From Deltaproteobacteria bacterium (GTDB lineage: Bacteria; Bdellovibrionota_C; UBA2361; OMII01), in NCBI GenBank assembly GCA_947488865.1, contig CANLCB010000001.1:6691-70690 (forward strand): a stretch of DNA of 64,000 bases. Direction: 5' to 3'. This document shows positions 29,022 through 40,777 of the stretch, one piece after another; within the stretch, counting starts at the first letter, position 1, and each line of letters starts with the position of its first letter. The notes beneath the pieces were generated by a model. It saw nothing but the letters and a program-made list of their open reading frames with translations, made no database searches and was not told the DNA's origin. Both the position numbers and the translations under genes were made by a program.

Positions 29022-29296
29022 ATCTATTCCTTTCACAACTACTTACGAAACGTTACGACAACCGAGTTCTCGATTGACAGAAAGGGTTATGGTAGGGGGC
29101 AGTACGGATGTGACGTTTTTTCTCGTTTTGGTCCTAAGTTGCCATTAATTTAGGGGTTTAAGTCGCTTTTGAGATGCCCGTTTTTGATGCATACTGACGT
29201 CGTTAGTCTGTTTAGGCTCCTAGCTGCCTTAGGTTCTCGCTCGCGTAGGTGGGTTCACCAGGCTTTTTTAGGGGGCCGCCTCGATACCATGCTCTT

Positions 29297-30520
29297 ATGA
29301 CGCCACGTAGATACGCTTTTGTAGTTCCTCGTTTCTTTGAGGGAATCGCGGGAGGCGCTGAGACCCTTCTTGGAAACCTCGCGTATCATTTGAAAGCTCG
29401 CGGAGATTACGTTGAGTTGTGGGCAACCTGCGCTCGAGATAATCGTACGTGGCTCAATGAGTTTCCTCCAGGGACATCCTCTGTGGACGGGCTGCCGTTG
29501 CGTCGATTCAAGGTGGATGAGCGAAATCTTGACGCGTGGATACCGATTCAAATCGCTATGCACCAAGGAGAGGAGATTCCCCTAGAGAGCCAGTTAACGT
29601 GGATGAAAGAGAGCGTTAACTCCGAGGATCTTTATCGTCACATCGCGGTAAACTCAGCATCGTTCGATGCTCTATTTTTCGGGCCATATCTCTTTGGGAC
29701 AACGCTGTGGGGCTCGCTCATCGCTCCAGAGAAGAGCGTGCTTGTTCCCTGTCTGCACGATGAGGCGTATGCCTATCAGGATGTGGTCGCCTCAATGTTC
29801 AGACAGGTGAAGGGGTGCCTCTTTAACGCGGAGCCAGAAATGGAGCTCGCTCGCACATTGTATGGGGATATTCCTGGTGGTGTTGTTGGGATGGGATTTA
29901 CCTTTCCTAAGGCCGCCGACATTGATGCTCTTGAACCGTACTTCTCGGAGGATTTTCCGTATGTCCTGTACCTTGGTCGCAAGGAGACAGGGAAGAATGT
30001 GCATGTCCTCGTTGACGCCTTTTGTGAGGCGAAGGACGCGGGCCTTATTCCGGCTGAGGTAAAGTTGGCGATACTCGGGGGAGGTAGCTTTGACGATCTC
30101 CATCGGCCCGAGGCCTTGCGACGAGGCGATGTGCTTGATCTTCCGCATGTGAGTGAACGAGACAAGCAACGATTGCTACGTCATGCCCTCTATCTTTGTC
30201 AGCCTTCAACAAATGAATCGTTTTCCATTGTGATCATGGAAGCCTGGATGGTTGGTACGCCAGTAGTTGTGCACGCTCAGTGCGCGGTTACTCGTCACCA
30301 TGTAATTGAATCGACAGGTGGGCTCTATTTCAGTTCAATGCAGGACCTCGCCGCGGTCACGAAGTATTTCCTTCAGGATGCTAGCCGCCGAAATCGGCAT
30401 GCCGAGCAGGGATCTCGATATGTCGCGCGAGAGTATTCATGGGATGCCGTGCTGGCTCGATTTGATAAAACCGTATCGCGTCTTTTCTCAAAGGATGCGC
30501 TCGGCGCCGAGGTGTTGTAG
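29297..30520 (+). CDS. glycosyltransferase family 4 (GT1-fold)
   Basis: C-terminal 'ESFSIVIMEAWMVGTPVV' EX7E-type motif. Confidence 0.8.
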   Translation: MTPRRYAFVVPRFFEGIAGGAETLLGNLAYHLKARGDYVELWATCARDNRTWLNEFPPGTSSVDGLPLRRFKVDERNLDAWIPIQIAMHQGEEIPLESQLTWMKESVNSEDLYRHIAVNSASFDALFFGPYLFGTTLWGSLIAPEKSVLVPCLHDEAYAYQDVVASMFRQVKGCLFNAEPEMELARTLYGDIPGGVVGMGFTFPKAADIDALEPYFSEDFPYVLYLGRKETGKNVHVLVDAFCEAKDAGLIPAEVKLAILGGGSFDDLHRPEALRRGDVLDLPHVSERDKQRLLRHALYLCQPSTNESFSIVIMEAWMVGTPVVVHAQCAVTRHHVIESTGGLYFSSMQDLAAVTKYFLQDASRRNRHAEQGSRYVAREYSWDAVLARFDKTVSRLFSKDALGAEVL

Positions 30521-30529
30521 AATCTCCTC

Positions 30530-31567
30530 ATGCGAGATGAGGGGACAAATCAGTATAACGATCCATTCCACGCGAAGCGGCAACTTGTGCTCGCTTTGAC
30601 GATACTCCTCTTGGTTTTTGCTCTTGGAACACTCGGGTATGTAATCATAGAAGGATGGAGCTTTTTTGACGCCTTCTACATGACTGTCATAACGCTCGCG
30701 ACGATTGGATACGGAGAGACCCATCCTTTAAGTGACGGGGGGAGAGTATTCACTATTCTTCTTATCCTTGTCGGATTAGGTCTTGGGACCGTCGCGTTGG
30801 GGTCCGCTTGGCAGGCCGCCGTTGAAGGACAGATGTCCCGATTTTTTGATAGGAGGCGTAAGGTGCTTGATACTATTAAATCCCTTCAGGGGCACACGAT
30901 TTTTTGTGGATACAGTCGACTTGGTCGCACTTCGGCCGAGGAGTTGCGAAAGAACGGCGAGAAGATAGTGATCGTTGAGTCCAACGAAGTTCGCGCGCGC
31001 GAGGCCGAGGCCGCTGGATTCTTGGTTGTTCGTGGGGACGCGACCCTTGATGAGACGCTTTCAGCGGCTGGCATTCGGAAAGCTGGACGTTTGATCTCAT
31101 TGCTTCCACGAGACTCAGACAATCTGTATGTAATCCTGACGGCGCGAGAAATTAATCCTTCCATGTACATCGCAAGTCGCGCTGAGGATGAGGTAGGTGA
31201 GAAAAGGTTAAAACGAGCGGGAGTCGACCGGCTTATATCGACCTATCGCCTCGCCGCTCGAAAGCTGGCCGATGGATTATTACGACCATACATTACGGAT
31301 TTCTTCGAGATTGCCGGTACGGGAGATAACGGATGGAAGATTGAGGAGATTCGGATTCCAGCCAATTCTCCGATGATCGGTAGGACCCTCAAGGATCTAG
31401 CCCTAAGGCAGAAGGCGAAAGTCAGCGTCGCGGCCATTATAACGCCCGAAGGGCAACTTCAGCTGAATCCAGATGGGGATTCTATCCTAGCCGCGGAGTC
31501 CACTTTATTAGCCATTGGATGGGATTCAGATATCAAGACCCTGGAAGGTCTGGTGATAGGTACCTAA
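30530..31567 (+). CDS. potassium channel with two C-terminal RCK/TrkA domains (MthK-like)
   Basis: two TM helices flanking selectivity filter 'TLATIGYGE'; RCK 'IFCGYSRLGR'. Confidence 0.85.
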   Translation: MRDEGTNQYNDPFHAKRQLVLALTILLLVFALGTLGYVIIEGWSFFDAFYMTVITLATIGYGETHPLSDGGRVFTILLILVGLGLGTVALGSAWQAAVEGQMSRFFDRRRKVLDTIKSLQGHTIFCGYSRLGRTSAEELRKNGEKIVIVESNEVRAREAEAAGFLVVRGDATLDETLSAAGIRKAGRLISLLPRDSDNLYVILTAREINPSMYIASRAEDEVGEKRLKRAGVDRLISTYRLAARKLADGLLRPYITDFFEIAGTGDNGWKIEEIRIPANSPMIGRTLKDLALRQKAKVSVAAIITPEGQLQLNPDGDSILAAESTLLAIGWDSDIKTLEGLVIGT

Positions 31568-31586
31568 GTGTTTCGCGCGCATCTCG

Positions 31587-32966
31587 TTACAGGGATCGTA
31601 GAAAGTGGATCAGGTCGGCGCGCTCTCTCTTGGACAGTCTGGTGAAGCGATGTTGAGCGCGAGCCGCTTCCCCTCCGTGCCAAAGTATCGCCTCCTCAAT
31701 CGTGCGCGCTCGACCATCATGAAGATACACTGATGCCTTGGAGCGGTCGTCTAATAGATGGAGCCCCCAAAGAGGTGTTGTTTTCCATTCAGCTCCAGTA
31801 GCGCCAAGCTCTTGAACTCCGTCCGCTAGCCCTGGTCCCATATTGTGAATAAGCAGATCTGAGTAAGGGTGAATGGTCTGATGCGTTAACTCGGGATCCT
31901 TATGCTTTCCGGTAAACAGAGTTGAGCGATGACAGAGTTCGCATCCCAACGAGAAGAAGATGCCTTTTCCGGCCGCGGCACGGGGTGAGCTCTGGGAGTG
32001 CGCCGCGGGAACGCCTCCTAGCCTCTGATACATCGTCAGTGCGCTTAGTTCGCTCTCAGATACCTCGGCAGTCAAATTTTCATCGTGGAAGATCGGATTC
32101 GTCATTCGCATATCGGTGTAGAGCGCTGCGGCGGTTTGTTGTTCAACTGTGGGATGAGTCGCTTTGAACCCGAAACGTCCGACGGTTAGCGCACCGCTAC
32201 GTGCGTCCTTTACCCAGTTAAGCCGACCGGTGACACCGTCTTTCAGCGCGTCTTGCGCGAATGATAGCTTGAACAGGGTCGTCCACGGCACGGCTTCTAG
32301 TAACCCAGGGCCTATAATCGGGGGAGCCATGCGTAAGGATGTGGCGACTCGTCCTGCTGAGGAATTTTTGGGATGAAGTATTACCTTAGGAGTTCGAAGC
32401 TGATAACGAGTACCGTCGTGGTACTGCCCTTCGGTGAGGGCCCAGGAAAGCCTTGCTGACAATGGCGCTGAACCTTGAGTGCTGTGGTCTAAGAGTTGCG
32501 AGCCCATCTCAGAGGCGCTCAGGCCGCGTCTTCCCCTAATCCGTAACTTGACGACCATCTGTGAGGGAAGCGCTGGAGAACGTGACACGTTAGCCGGGCC
32601 ACGTCCATTGTTTACGTGACACCCGCCGCATGAGTTATTTACGAACAGCGGTCCAAGACCCTCTTCTTGTGTGCGAAGGCGATGAAATGGAGCGAACCCG
32701 CTGGCCTGAAGCTCGCGTCGTTCAGGCGCAGTCACATTCGGAGCGGCCACTTGGAGAGCTAAGGGGAAGGGGAGATCGGAGGTGAGATCGCCGCCTAATC
32801 GGGCAGAGGTTTCGGAATGCGCGTTTTGTGGCAGTAATGTCGCGTATGTCGCTAGGGCAGCCAACACCGTCTTTATAGGAACGCGCCCCCACCGCGATAC
32901 CACCTTTTGTGGATGCCCTCTGAAGGAGCTCCTCCTATCGAAATGCCGACTCTGCTCCCTTAGCAT
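31587..32966 (-). CDS. DUF1111-family di-heme thiol oxidoreductase / cytochrome-c-peroxidase-like protein
   Basis: two CxxCH (CGGCH, CELCH); family signature; start codon uncertain. Confidence 0.65.
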   Translation of the reverse strand: MLREQSRHFDRRSSFRGHPQKVVSRWGRVPIKTVLAALATYATLLPQNAHSETSARLGGDLTSDLPFPLALQVAAPNVTAPERRELQASGFAPFHRLRTQEEGLGPLFVNNSCGGCHVNNGRGPANVSRSPALPSQMVVKLRIRGRRGLSASEMGSQLLDHSTQGSAPLSARLSWALTEGQYHDGTRYQLRTPKVILHPKNSSAGRVATSLRMAPPIIGPGLLEAVPWTTLFKLSFAQDALKDGVTGRLNWVKDARSGALTVGRFGFKATHPTVEQQTAAALYTDMRMTNPIFHDENLTAEVSESELSALTMYQRLGGVPAAHSQSSPRAAAGKGIFFSLGCELCHRSTLFTGKHKDPELTHQTIHPYSDLLIHNMGPGLADGVQELGATGAEWKTTPLWGLHLLDDRSKASVYLHDGRARTIEEAILWHGGEAARAQHRFTRLSKRERADLIHFLRSL

Positions 32967-34699
32967 TTACTTTCAGTCTGGGGTAACTGAGACGTCTTTT
33001 TGCCAAATGCCTGGAAGCGTTTCACCGCCTCTGTTTTTCGCTTTGATGCGACTTTCTTCGCTGCGGTGTCTGGGCTCTTATTAAGAAGTCGAAGGGCTCG
33101 ATTCGCTATCTCCAGAAGCTCGCGAGACCCTGACTTGAGCATGCCAATGTCTGTTGTCTTACTGATGGTCTGGCATCCTTCTGTGCAGATCAGTATTTCA
33201 GCAGGGAAACGCGTCCAGATGATGGTCCATTGTTGGACATAAAGTGCCTTCGCTTCAGCGGCGAGGTCGTTTGCGGTTCGTCGCGTTTTAGAGGACGAGT
33301 TGTATTTTTTTATCGCCGCCGCTATTGCGGCAACAACATCGGCTTGTGCCTTCGCCGATTGATCCAAGCCGGCCAAGATGTCTTCGATGGGCACGGTCTC
33401 GCACACATTCAGGTTCGCGTCGCATCGCGTTGTCTTTGCGGACGCTAATGCCTGCGCCGATCCTACATTCCACGATCCCCCGGTTGTAGATGGCAGGACT
33501 GCCGTGAACGCGTTTCGAGCGTAGCCTGGATTGAACAGGGTTGGCTGTCCTCTTTCAAATGGGTCGGGCGCAACGTAGTTGAGGGTACCGACCGGAATTT
33601 CGACCGTGACCTTCTCGTCACTTTGAAACCCAAAGTGCGCCATTATCTCCCCGGTTTGGAGGACCTCGATACATTCCGCGACAGGAGTGATCGCGTATTT
33701 TGTAATCGGGGTGCCGGTCGGAGTGGATGTCGGCGTAACGGTTGGAATCGCTGTGTTTGTCGTTGTCGGTGTAGTCGTGGGCGTGTTCGTTGGACTCGCT
33801 GTACGAGTGTGTGTCGGAGTGGCCGTAGCGGTCAATGTTGGAGTGCGGGTGGCTGTCGCGGTAACTGAAGGAGTTACCGTTGGAGTGACTGTTGGTGTTC
33901 GAGAGGGCGTGAACGTAGGCGTCGCTGTATACGTCGCTGTCGGAGTAAACGTTCGCGTATTTGTTGGTGTATGCGTCGGAGTCGGCGTTGGAGTTGCCGT
34001 TCGAGTATGAGTAGGTGTTGTAGTTGGGGTTAAGGTTGAGCTAGGCGTAGCGGTTGGTGTGCGTGTAGGTGTAGTCGTTGCGGTTGATGTATATGTCGGA
34101 GTCCACGTTGGCGTGAACGTTCGCGTATGAGTGGCAGTAAGGGTTGGAGTCGATGTTGGTGTTCTGGATGGTGTTGAGGTAGGCGTAGCTGTCCATGTAT
34201 TAGTCGGCGTAACCGTCGGAGTGCGTGTTGGGGTAGGTGTTGGAGGACAGATGATCGACAAGGTTCCTGAGTAGGAGCCGCCTCCATGATGGTATTTCGA
34301 TAAGTCCTGAGAGGTCAGGGTTCCGCTGTAGCTAATAGTGTTTCCCGCACGCGTTACTGCCGTTGTAAAAGTTGAAAAGGTTGCTCCGTCGGAGCTTCTT
34401 ACCCATCTGAAACTCACCCCCGAAGTAGAGTATTGAACGTAGGTGAGTGTTGAGCTTCCGAGATTGCCCACGCCTGGGATGACCGCTGAAGCGGTAACTA
34501 TGGTGCCGCTGTCGCAAGAGCCGGTCCCCGTCGCTGAAGTGTACGCTGTTGGCCCGTAGCCCTGCCATCCATCGTCAAGCGAGATTGAGTATTGCGCCTG
34601 CGCCAACGTTCCAGCGGATTGCGCCAGAGAGGCAGCGCAAGGAAAACATACGCTCACTAAGAGGAGCAGGGACTTTGCGCAATTCAACATCATCTTCAT
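32960..34699 (-). CDS. secreted hypothetical protein with ~190-aa Thr/Pro-rich (TPTxTPT) linker between two globular domains
   Basis: signal peptide '[26 protein letters not shown]'; low-complexity PT repeats generate the antisense 'VGV' ORF 33687-34010. Confidence 0.7.
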   Translation of the reverse strand: MKMMLNCAKSLLLLVSVCFPCAASLAQSAGTLAQAQYSISLDDGWQGYGPTAYTSATGTGSCDSGTIVTASAVIPGVGNLGSSTLTYVQYSTSGVSFRWVRSSDGATFSTFTTAVTRAGNTISYSGTLTSQDLSKYHHGGGSYSGTLSIICPPTPTPTRTPTVTPTNTWTATPTSTPSRTPTSTPTLTATHTRTFTPTWTPTYTSTATTTPTRTPTATPSSTLTPTTTPTHTRTATPTPTPTHTPTNTRTFTPTATYTATPTFTPSRTPTVTPTVTPSVTATATRTPTLTATATPTHTRTASPTNTPTTTPTTTNTAIPTVTPTSTPTGTPITKYAITPVAECIEVLQTGEIMAHFGFQSDEKVTVEIPVGTLNYVAPDPFERGQPTLFNPGYARNAFTAVLPSTTGGSWNVGSAQALASAKTTRCDANLNVCETVPIEDILAGLDQSAKAQADVVAAIAAAIKKYNSSSKTRRTANDLAAEAKALYVQQWTIIWTRFPAEILICTEGCQTISKTTDIGMLKSGSRELLEIANRALRLLNKSPDTAAKKVASKRKTEAVKRFQAFGKKTSQLPQTESKC

Positions 34700-35182
34700 A
34701 AGAACTACCTATGTTCTGTCGTTCGGAGGAAAAACGTACGCATCTCTTCGGGGATCACGAGATGTCCTTCAAGTGTGGTTCGCATTATGGGACGCAAAAT
34801 TCCGCTAATCAAATTACGGAAGACAAAAACGCCATGCCAAAAACAGCCTGAAACGCGTGCTAAAACAGCCAGAGCTGCCTTAAAACTTCCAGTGATAAGC
34901 ATAATGAGTGTCGCAAATAATGCGGGGCGATAGCTGCAGCGCAATAATGCGACCTAATGCGGTGGCGGAAAGAGTGCTGATGACGCCGGCGAAGACGACA
35001 CGCTTCACGCATGTCAGGACTAAAATATTTTTTCATAAGGGGCAAAAAAGGACTCTCGATGGGGCGATAGTCCGTAAGTCAGAGCATTTTCCTCGTGATG
35101 GCCCGGTCGGCGGAGCCCCTTCGTCAGTATCAACGAAAATTTGCGGTTGATTTTTTAGTGGTGCTTGAGTAAACATTTCCCA

Positions 35183-35272
35183 TACCCGGGGGAGGTCCAC
35201 CGCGACCTGAGACGTTTGAAAAAAGCGACACCCTTTGAACCTGAGACGGATAATACCGGCGGAGGGAGAGGA
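35183..35272 (+). ncRNA. TPP (thiamine pyrophosphate, THI-box) riboswitch
   Basis: 'cccgggggaggtccaccgcgaCCTGAGAcg...aCCCTTTGAACCTGAgacGGATAATaCCggCGgAGGGAg' matches THI-element consensus (GGGG...CUGAGA...ACCCUUUGAACCUGAUCUGGAUAAUGCCAGCGUAGGGA). Confidence 0.75.
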
Positions 35273-35273
35273 A

Positions 35274-37388
35274 ATGTTTGTTAAGTATCGAATCGATACG
35301 CTCATCGCGTCTATCTTCACGTCAATAGTAGTAGCCTTGTGCGTGCCTATCGGTGGCGCGCGCGCCCAGGACCAACACACTGACCCAACAGAGCTCTTTA
35401 TTAACGGGGCGCCATTTGGCGATTCGCTCCGAGCTGTGCCTCAAAGCGCGTCAGTCGTTGAGGAAGAGCGGTTGGTGGATAAAGGCGAGACTAATTTTCA
35501 GTATGAAATTGAGTCGATACCCGACTTAACGTGGTCCGGAGGCTCGTCTCGGCCACGGTTTTTCAACATTCGTGGAGTGGGGGAGCTGGAGCAGTACGAA
35601 GGCGCCCCGAATCCCTCAGTGGCGACCATTATTGATGATATCGATTTCAGCGGACTTGGAATCGTAGTCCCCATGTTCGATATCAATCAGGTTGAGGTGC
35701 TCCGTGGCCCTCAGGGGATTCGATTCGGATCTAGTGCCCTTGCGGGCGCTATCAATGTTCGTTCTCAGGATGCTACCGAATATACAACAGGGCAGATTCA
35801 GCTGATGGCTGGAAATGATGAATTGGGGGCGGGTGGTTTCGCTGTTGGTGGAGCCGTTCCAGGCTCTGATGGAAAGTTGAAGCTCCGATTTTCGGCGTTT
35901 GACCAGCAAAGCAATGGCTATCGAAATAACGTGTACCTGAGCGAGGACGACACGAATCATCGCGATGAGTCGGTCGTGCGTCTGAAGATGAGGTACGATC
36001 CAACATCTAAGCTTTTCGTTGAGGGGGCGGTTTGGGGCGCTGAGTTCAATAATGGATACGATGCCTTCGCTATCGACAATTCGCTGACAACGCAATCTGA
36101 TCATCCTGGGCAGGATGATTCGCGCGTGGTCGCGTCGTCGTACAAGGTTGGTTATGCGCTGTCGAACGCTCTGAAAGTTGAGAATATCGGTACTCTCTCG
36201 CGAACAAAGATAGCGAATAGTTTTGACGGTGATTGGGGTAATAATCCCTTTTGGTCGCCTTATGATCCGTACGACTACTTCTCTGATTCGGATCGTACTC
36301 GCCGAAGCTATACCGAGGAGTTGAGGCTGACTCACCAGGAGGCTCTATACCAGCACGGAGAGTCGTGGCGATGGCTTGGAGGCTTATATGGACAGCGGCT
36401 CTTAGAGGATACGACCACGGATCAATTCTCTAATCATGAAGTGTACGATTCAATTACGAGTGATTATCGCGCAAATACCGGCGCGGTGTTCGGAGATGTG
36501 CAGATGCCATTAGGTTGGGGCTCTTCCGTGACCACTGGACTGCGTTTTGAGCAGCGAAACACTCGCTATGATGATACTCGCGAGAATGATTTCTCTCCTA
36601 CCTACTCAATGCTCGGTGGGAACGTGTCGGTCCAGAAGGATATCTCTGATTCCGCGCGCGCGTATGCCACGGTGGCTCGCGGGTACAAAGGGGGAGGTTT
36701 TAACGTTAGTCCCTCCGTGCCAGACGACCGTCGTCAGTACGACCCCGAATACCTGTGGAACTACGAAGTCGGGGTGAAGGGAGATTACTTTAAGAAACGC
36801 GTGACGAGTTCGGTGGCGGTATTTCATGATCAACGGCTTGATCAGCAGCTAAAGTTTGCTATTCAGAACGACCCATCCGACCCCCTCTCGTTTACCTACG
36901 TTACGGAGAGTGTGGCGCGAGGTCGCAGTACGGGTCTTGAGGTTGAGAACACCATTCGAGCGATGTCGTGGCTCGACTTCTTCGCTTCCGGTTCTTTGAT
37001 GCATTCTGAATTTACCGATGTGCCCGAGGAGGCTTCGTCGCTTGATGGGCGAGCCTTCTCGGTCGCTCCGGCGTACATGTACTCCGCTGGTTTTAAGGCG
37101 GACCTCGGGTACGGCTTTTTCGCTCGAATTGAGGAGACCGGAAAGGACGCGGTTTATTACGATGATAGCCACAATCAGAAAAGTGATCCTTACAACCTCT
37201 TCAACGCGTCTCTTGGGTATCGCCGCGGAGGATGGAAGGTTGTCGCGTGGAGTCGTAACCTCTTCAATCAGACATACGCGGTCCGCGGCTTCTACTTTGG
37301 AAACGAACCCCCAAATTTTGAGAATAAGGAGTATATCCAGAGGGGAGACCCCCGAGCGTTCGGCGCCACCGTCACGTACTCATTTTAA
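35274..37388 (+). CDS. TonB-dependent outer-membrane receptor (riboswitch context suggests thiamin or a thiamin precursor as substrate)
   Basis: ATG at 35274 gives signal peptide MFVKYRIDTLIASIFTSIVVALCVPIGGARA; TonB box region, plug and barrel, terminal Phe. Confidence 0.85.
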   Translation: MFVKYRIDTLIASIFTSIVVALCVPIGGARAQDQHTDPTELFINGAPFGDSLRAVPQSASVVEEERLVDKGETNFQYEIESIPDLTWSGGSSRPRFFNIRGVGELEQYEGAPNPSVATIIDDIDFSGLGIVVPMFDINQVEVLRGPQGIRFGSSALAGAINVRSQDATEYTTGQIQLMAGNDELGAGGFAVGGAVPGSDGKLKLRFSAFDQQSNGYRNNVYLSEDDTNHRDESVVRLKMRYDPTSKLFVEGAVWGAEFNNGYDAFAIDNSLTTQSDHPGQDDSRVVASSYKVGYALSNALKVENIGTLSRTKIANSFDGDWGNNPFWSPYDPYDYFSDSDRTRRSYTEELRLTHQEALYQHGESWRWLGGLYGQRLLEDTTTDQFSNHEVYDSITSDYRANTGAVFGDVQMPLGWGSSVTTGLRFEQRNTRYDDTRENDFSPTYSMLGGNVSVQKDISDSARAYATVARGYKGGGFNVSPSVPDDRRQYDPEYLWNYEVGVKGDYFKKRVTSSVAVFHDQRLDQQLKFAIQNDPSDPLSFTYVTESVARGRSTGLEVENTIRAMSWLDFFASGSLMHSEFTDVPEEASSLDGRAFSVAPAYMYSAGFKADLGYGFFARIEETGKDAVYYDDSHNQKSDPYNLFNASLGYRRGGWKVVAWSRNLFNQTYAVRGFYFGNEPPNFENKEYIQRGDPRAFGATVTYSF

Positions 37389-37567
37389 GGCTCCCGCGAG
37401 CATTCGGGGGGTGGTAAGGAAAAATAGCCAGCTTTTCTTGGGGTTTGGATGAGTCGCGCTCCCGAAGTGGTACCTGGCGGGTGTCCTCTGAATTTCTAGC
37501 GGCCGCTTGTCGTCTCCCTGTGAATCCTCGTTGCGGGAATAACGGCTTGTTTTTTATACTTTCGGCC

Positions 37568-38023
37568 ATGATTAAGTCACTCTGTTCGATCCTGTCCGCT
37601 TTGACCCTATCCCTGGTGTTTCTTCTCGCTGGATGCGCGGGAATGAACGATTCGTATGATCCATATTACGGCGGCTACGGCTCTCGTGACCCGTACTATG
37701 GCAACCGTCCGCCACCGCCTCCTCCAGCGTACGGCGGATACTATAATGGATACAATGGTGGCTACTATTCCGGTCAGGACCGTCGTGAGCGAGAGCGGCT
37801 TGAGGAGGAGCGTGTTCGGCTAGAACGCGAGCGCTTACGTCTTGAAGAGGAGAGGCGACGGCAAGATAGTTATCGCCCGCCACCCCCACCGCCATCTCGG
37901 CCATCTCAAGATCGATGCCCTCCAGGGTTCTCGCCAAGCGAGAATAAGTGCTCTCGTGAGGAACGTCGTCGAGGATGTCAGGACATCCGTATGCCAAGTG
38001 GGCTCGGATGTGTTAAGCGATAA
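37568..38023 (+). CDS. low-complexity lipoprotein (GY-rich, poly-Pro, ER-repeat coiled-coil, Cys-rich C-terminus)
   Basis: lipobox 'LLAGC'; 'YGGYYNGYNGGYY', 'PPPPPP', 'RERERLEEERVRLERERLRLEEERRR'. Confidence 0.6.
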   Translation: MIKSLCSILSALTLSLVFLLAGCAGMNDSYDPYYGGYGSRDPYYGNRPPPPPPAYGGYYNGYNGGYYSGQDRRERERLEEERVRLERERLRLEEERRRQDSYRPPPPPPSRPSQDRCPPGFSPSENKCSREERRRGCQDIRMPSGLGCVKR

Positions 38024-38061
38024 AGTGAGTCTGGCGGCTTGAGCTGTGATGTAGTTAGTAA

Positions 38062-40107
<2,046 letters not shown>

Positions 40108-40134
40108 CACTGTCGGCATAACACCGCTTACTCC

Positions 40135-40575
40135 CTAACTCCACTCTCCCATTGGTCCTGCGGCTTGGAGGACCTCCGCAAGCATCAACGCGTCCACTTT
40201 GTGTCTAAAATAGGTCGGCGGTAAAAGATTGATCAGCTCAGAGCGTTTCATCCCACCCAAAGTTGGGGGCAGCCGTTCCTCAATTCGTACGGTCGCGGCA
40301 TCAAGAGGAATCCCCGTTTCTTTATCGATCCACACAGAATGCCGGCCTACCTCCCAATGTCCCTGGACGGGATCGGTGCATGTCGGTCGATAGACATCTA
40401 CTCGTGCGATGCCGAGCTCCTGCAAACACTCTGGGTTTTGAGTGAATAAATTGTGAAGTCTCTTAACATCCGACCGACTAGCGCCCTCAGAGGTAAGGGG
40501 CTTCAGCGGATAAATGAGAACGCTCTCGGCGTCTCGTCTAGTCAATTGAGCTGAATCTACTGATATCGTTTTCAT
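40135..40575 (-). CDS. hypothetical protein
   Basis: 146 aa from MKTISVD; no family recognised. Confidence 0.4.
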   Translation of the reverse strand: MKTISVDSAQLTRRDAESVLIYPLKPLTSEGASRSDVKRLHNLFTQNPECLQELGIARVDVYRPTCTDPVQGHWEVGRHSVWIDKETGIPLDAATVRIEERLPPTLGGMKRSELINLLPPTYFRHKVDALMLAEVLQAAGPMGEWS

Positions 40576-40708
40576 GAGTATGCACCCGACACGCAACCAG
40601 AAGGATAGTATGGCGCAAATGCTCCCCAAAAAAAATGGTGAAGGGTGTTTCTATTACCGACTAATACGTACCTTAGGGGCAGAGCGCTGCAGCTGCGTCG
40701 GGCTCTCG

Positions 40709-40749
40709 AAAAAAAAAGAGGGGGCGTGTGTTTCCACAACGCCCCCTCC
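40709..40749 (-). terminator. intrinsic terminator after the S8 protease gene
   Basis: minus strand: GAGGGGGCGU-loop-ACGCCCCCUC followed by U9. Confidence 0.85.
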
Positions 40750-40777
40750 GGGGGATGGAAGAGTGTTCGGCTGGAGG

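Noticed and set aside
33687-34010. 'VGVTVGV...' ORFs (also 41244-41585, 41069-41653, 34030-34287)
   Set aside because: Antisense or off-frame translation of the Thr/Pro-repeat linkers of the secreted protein and S8 protease.
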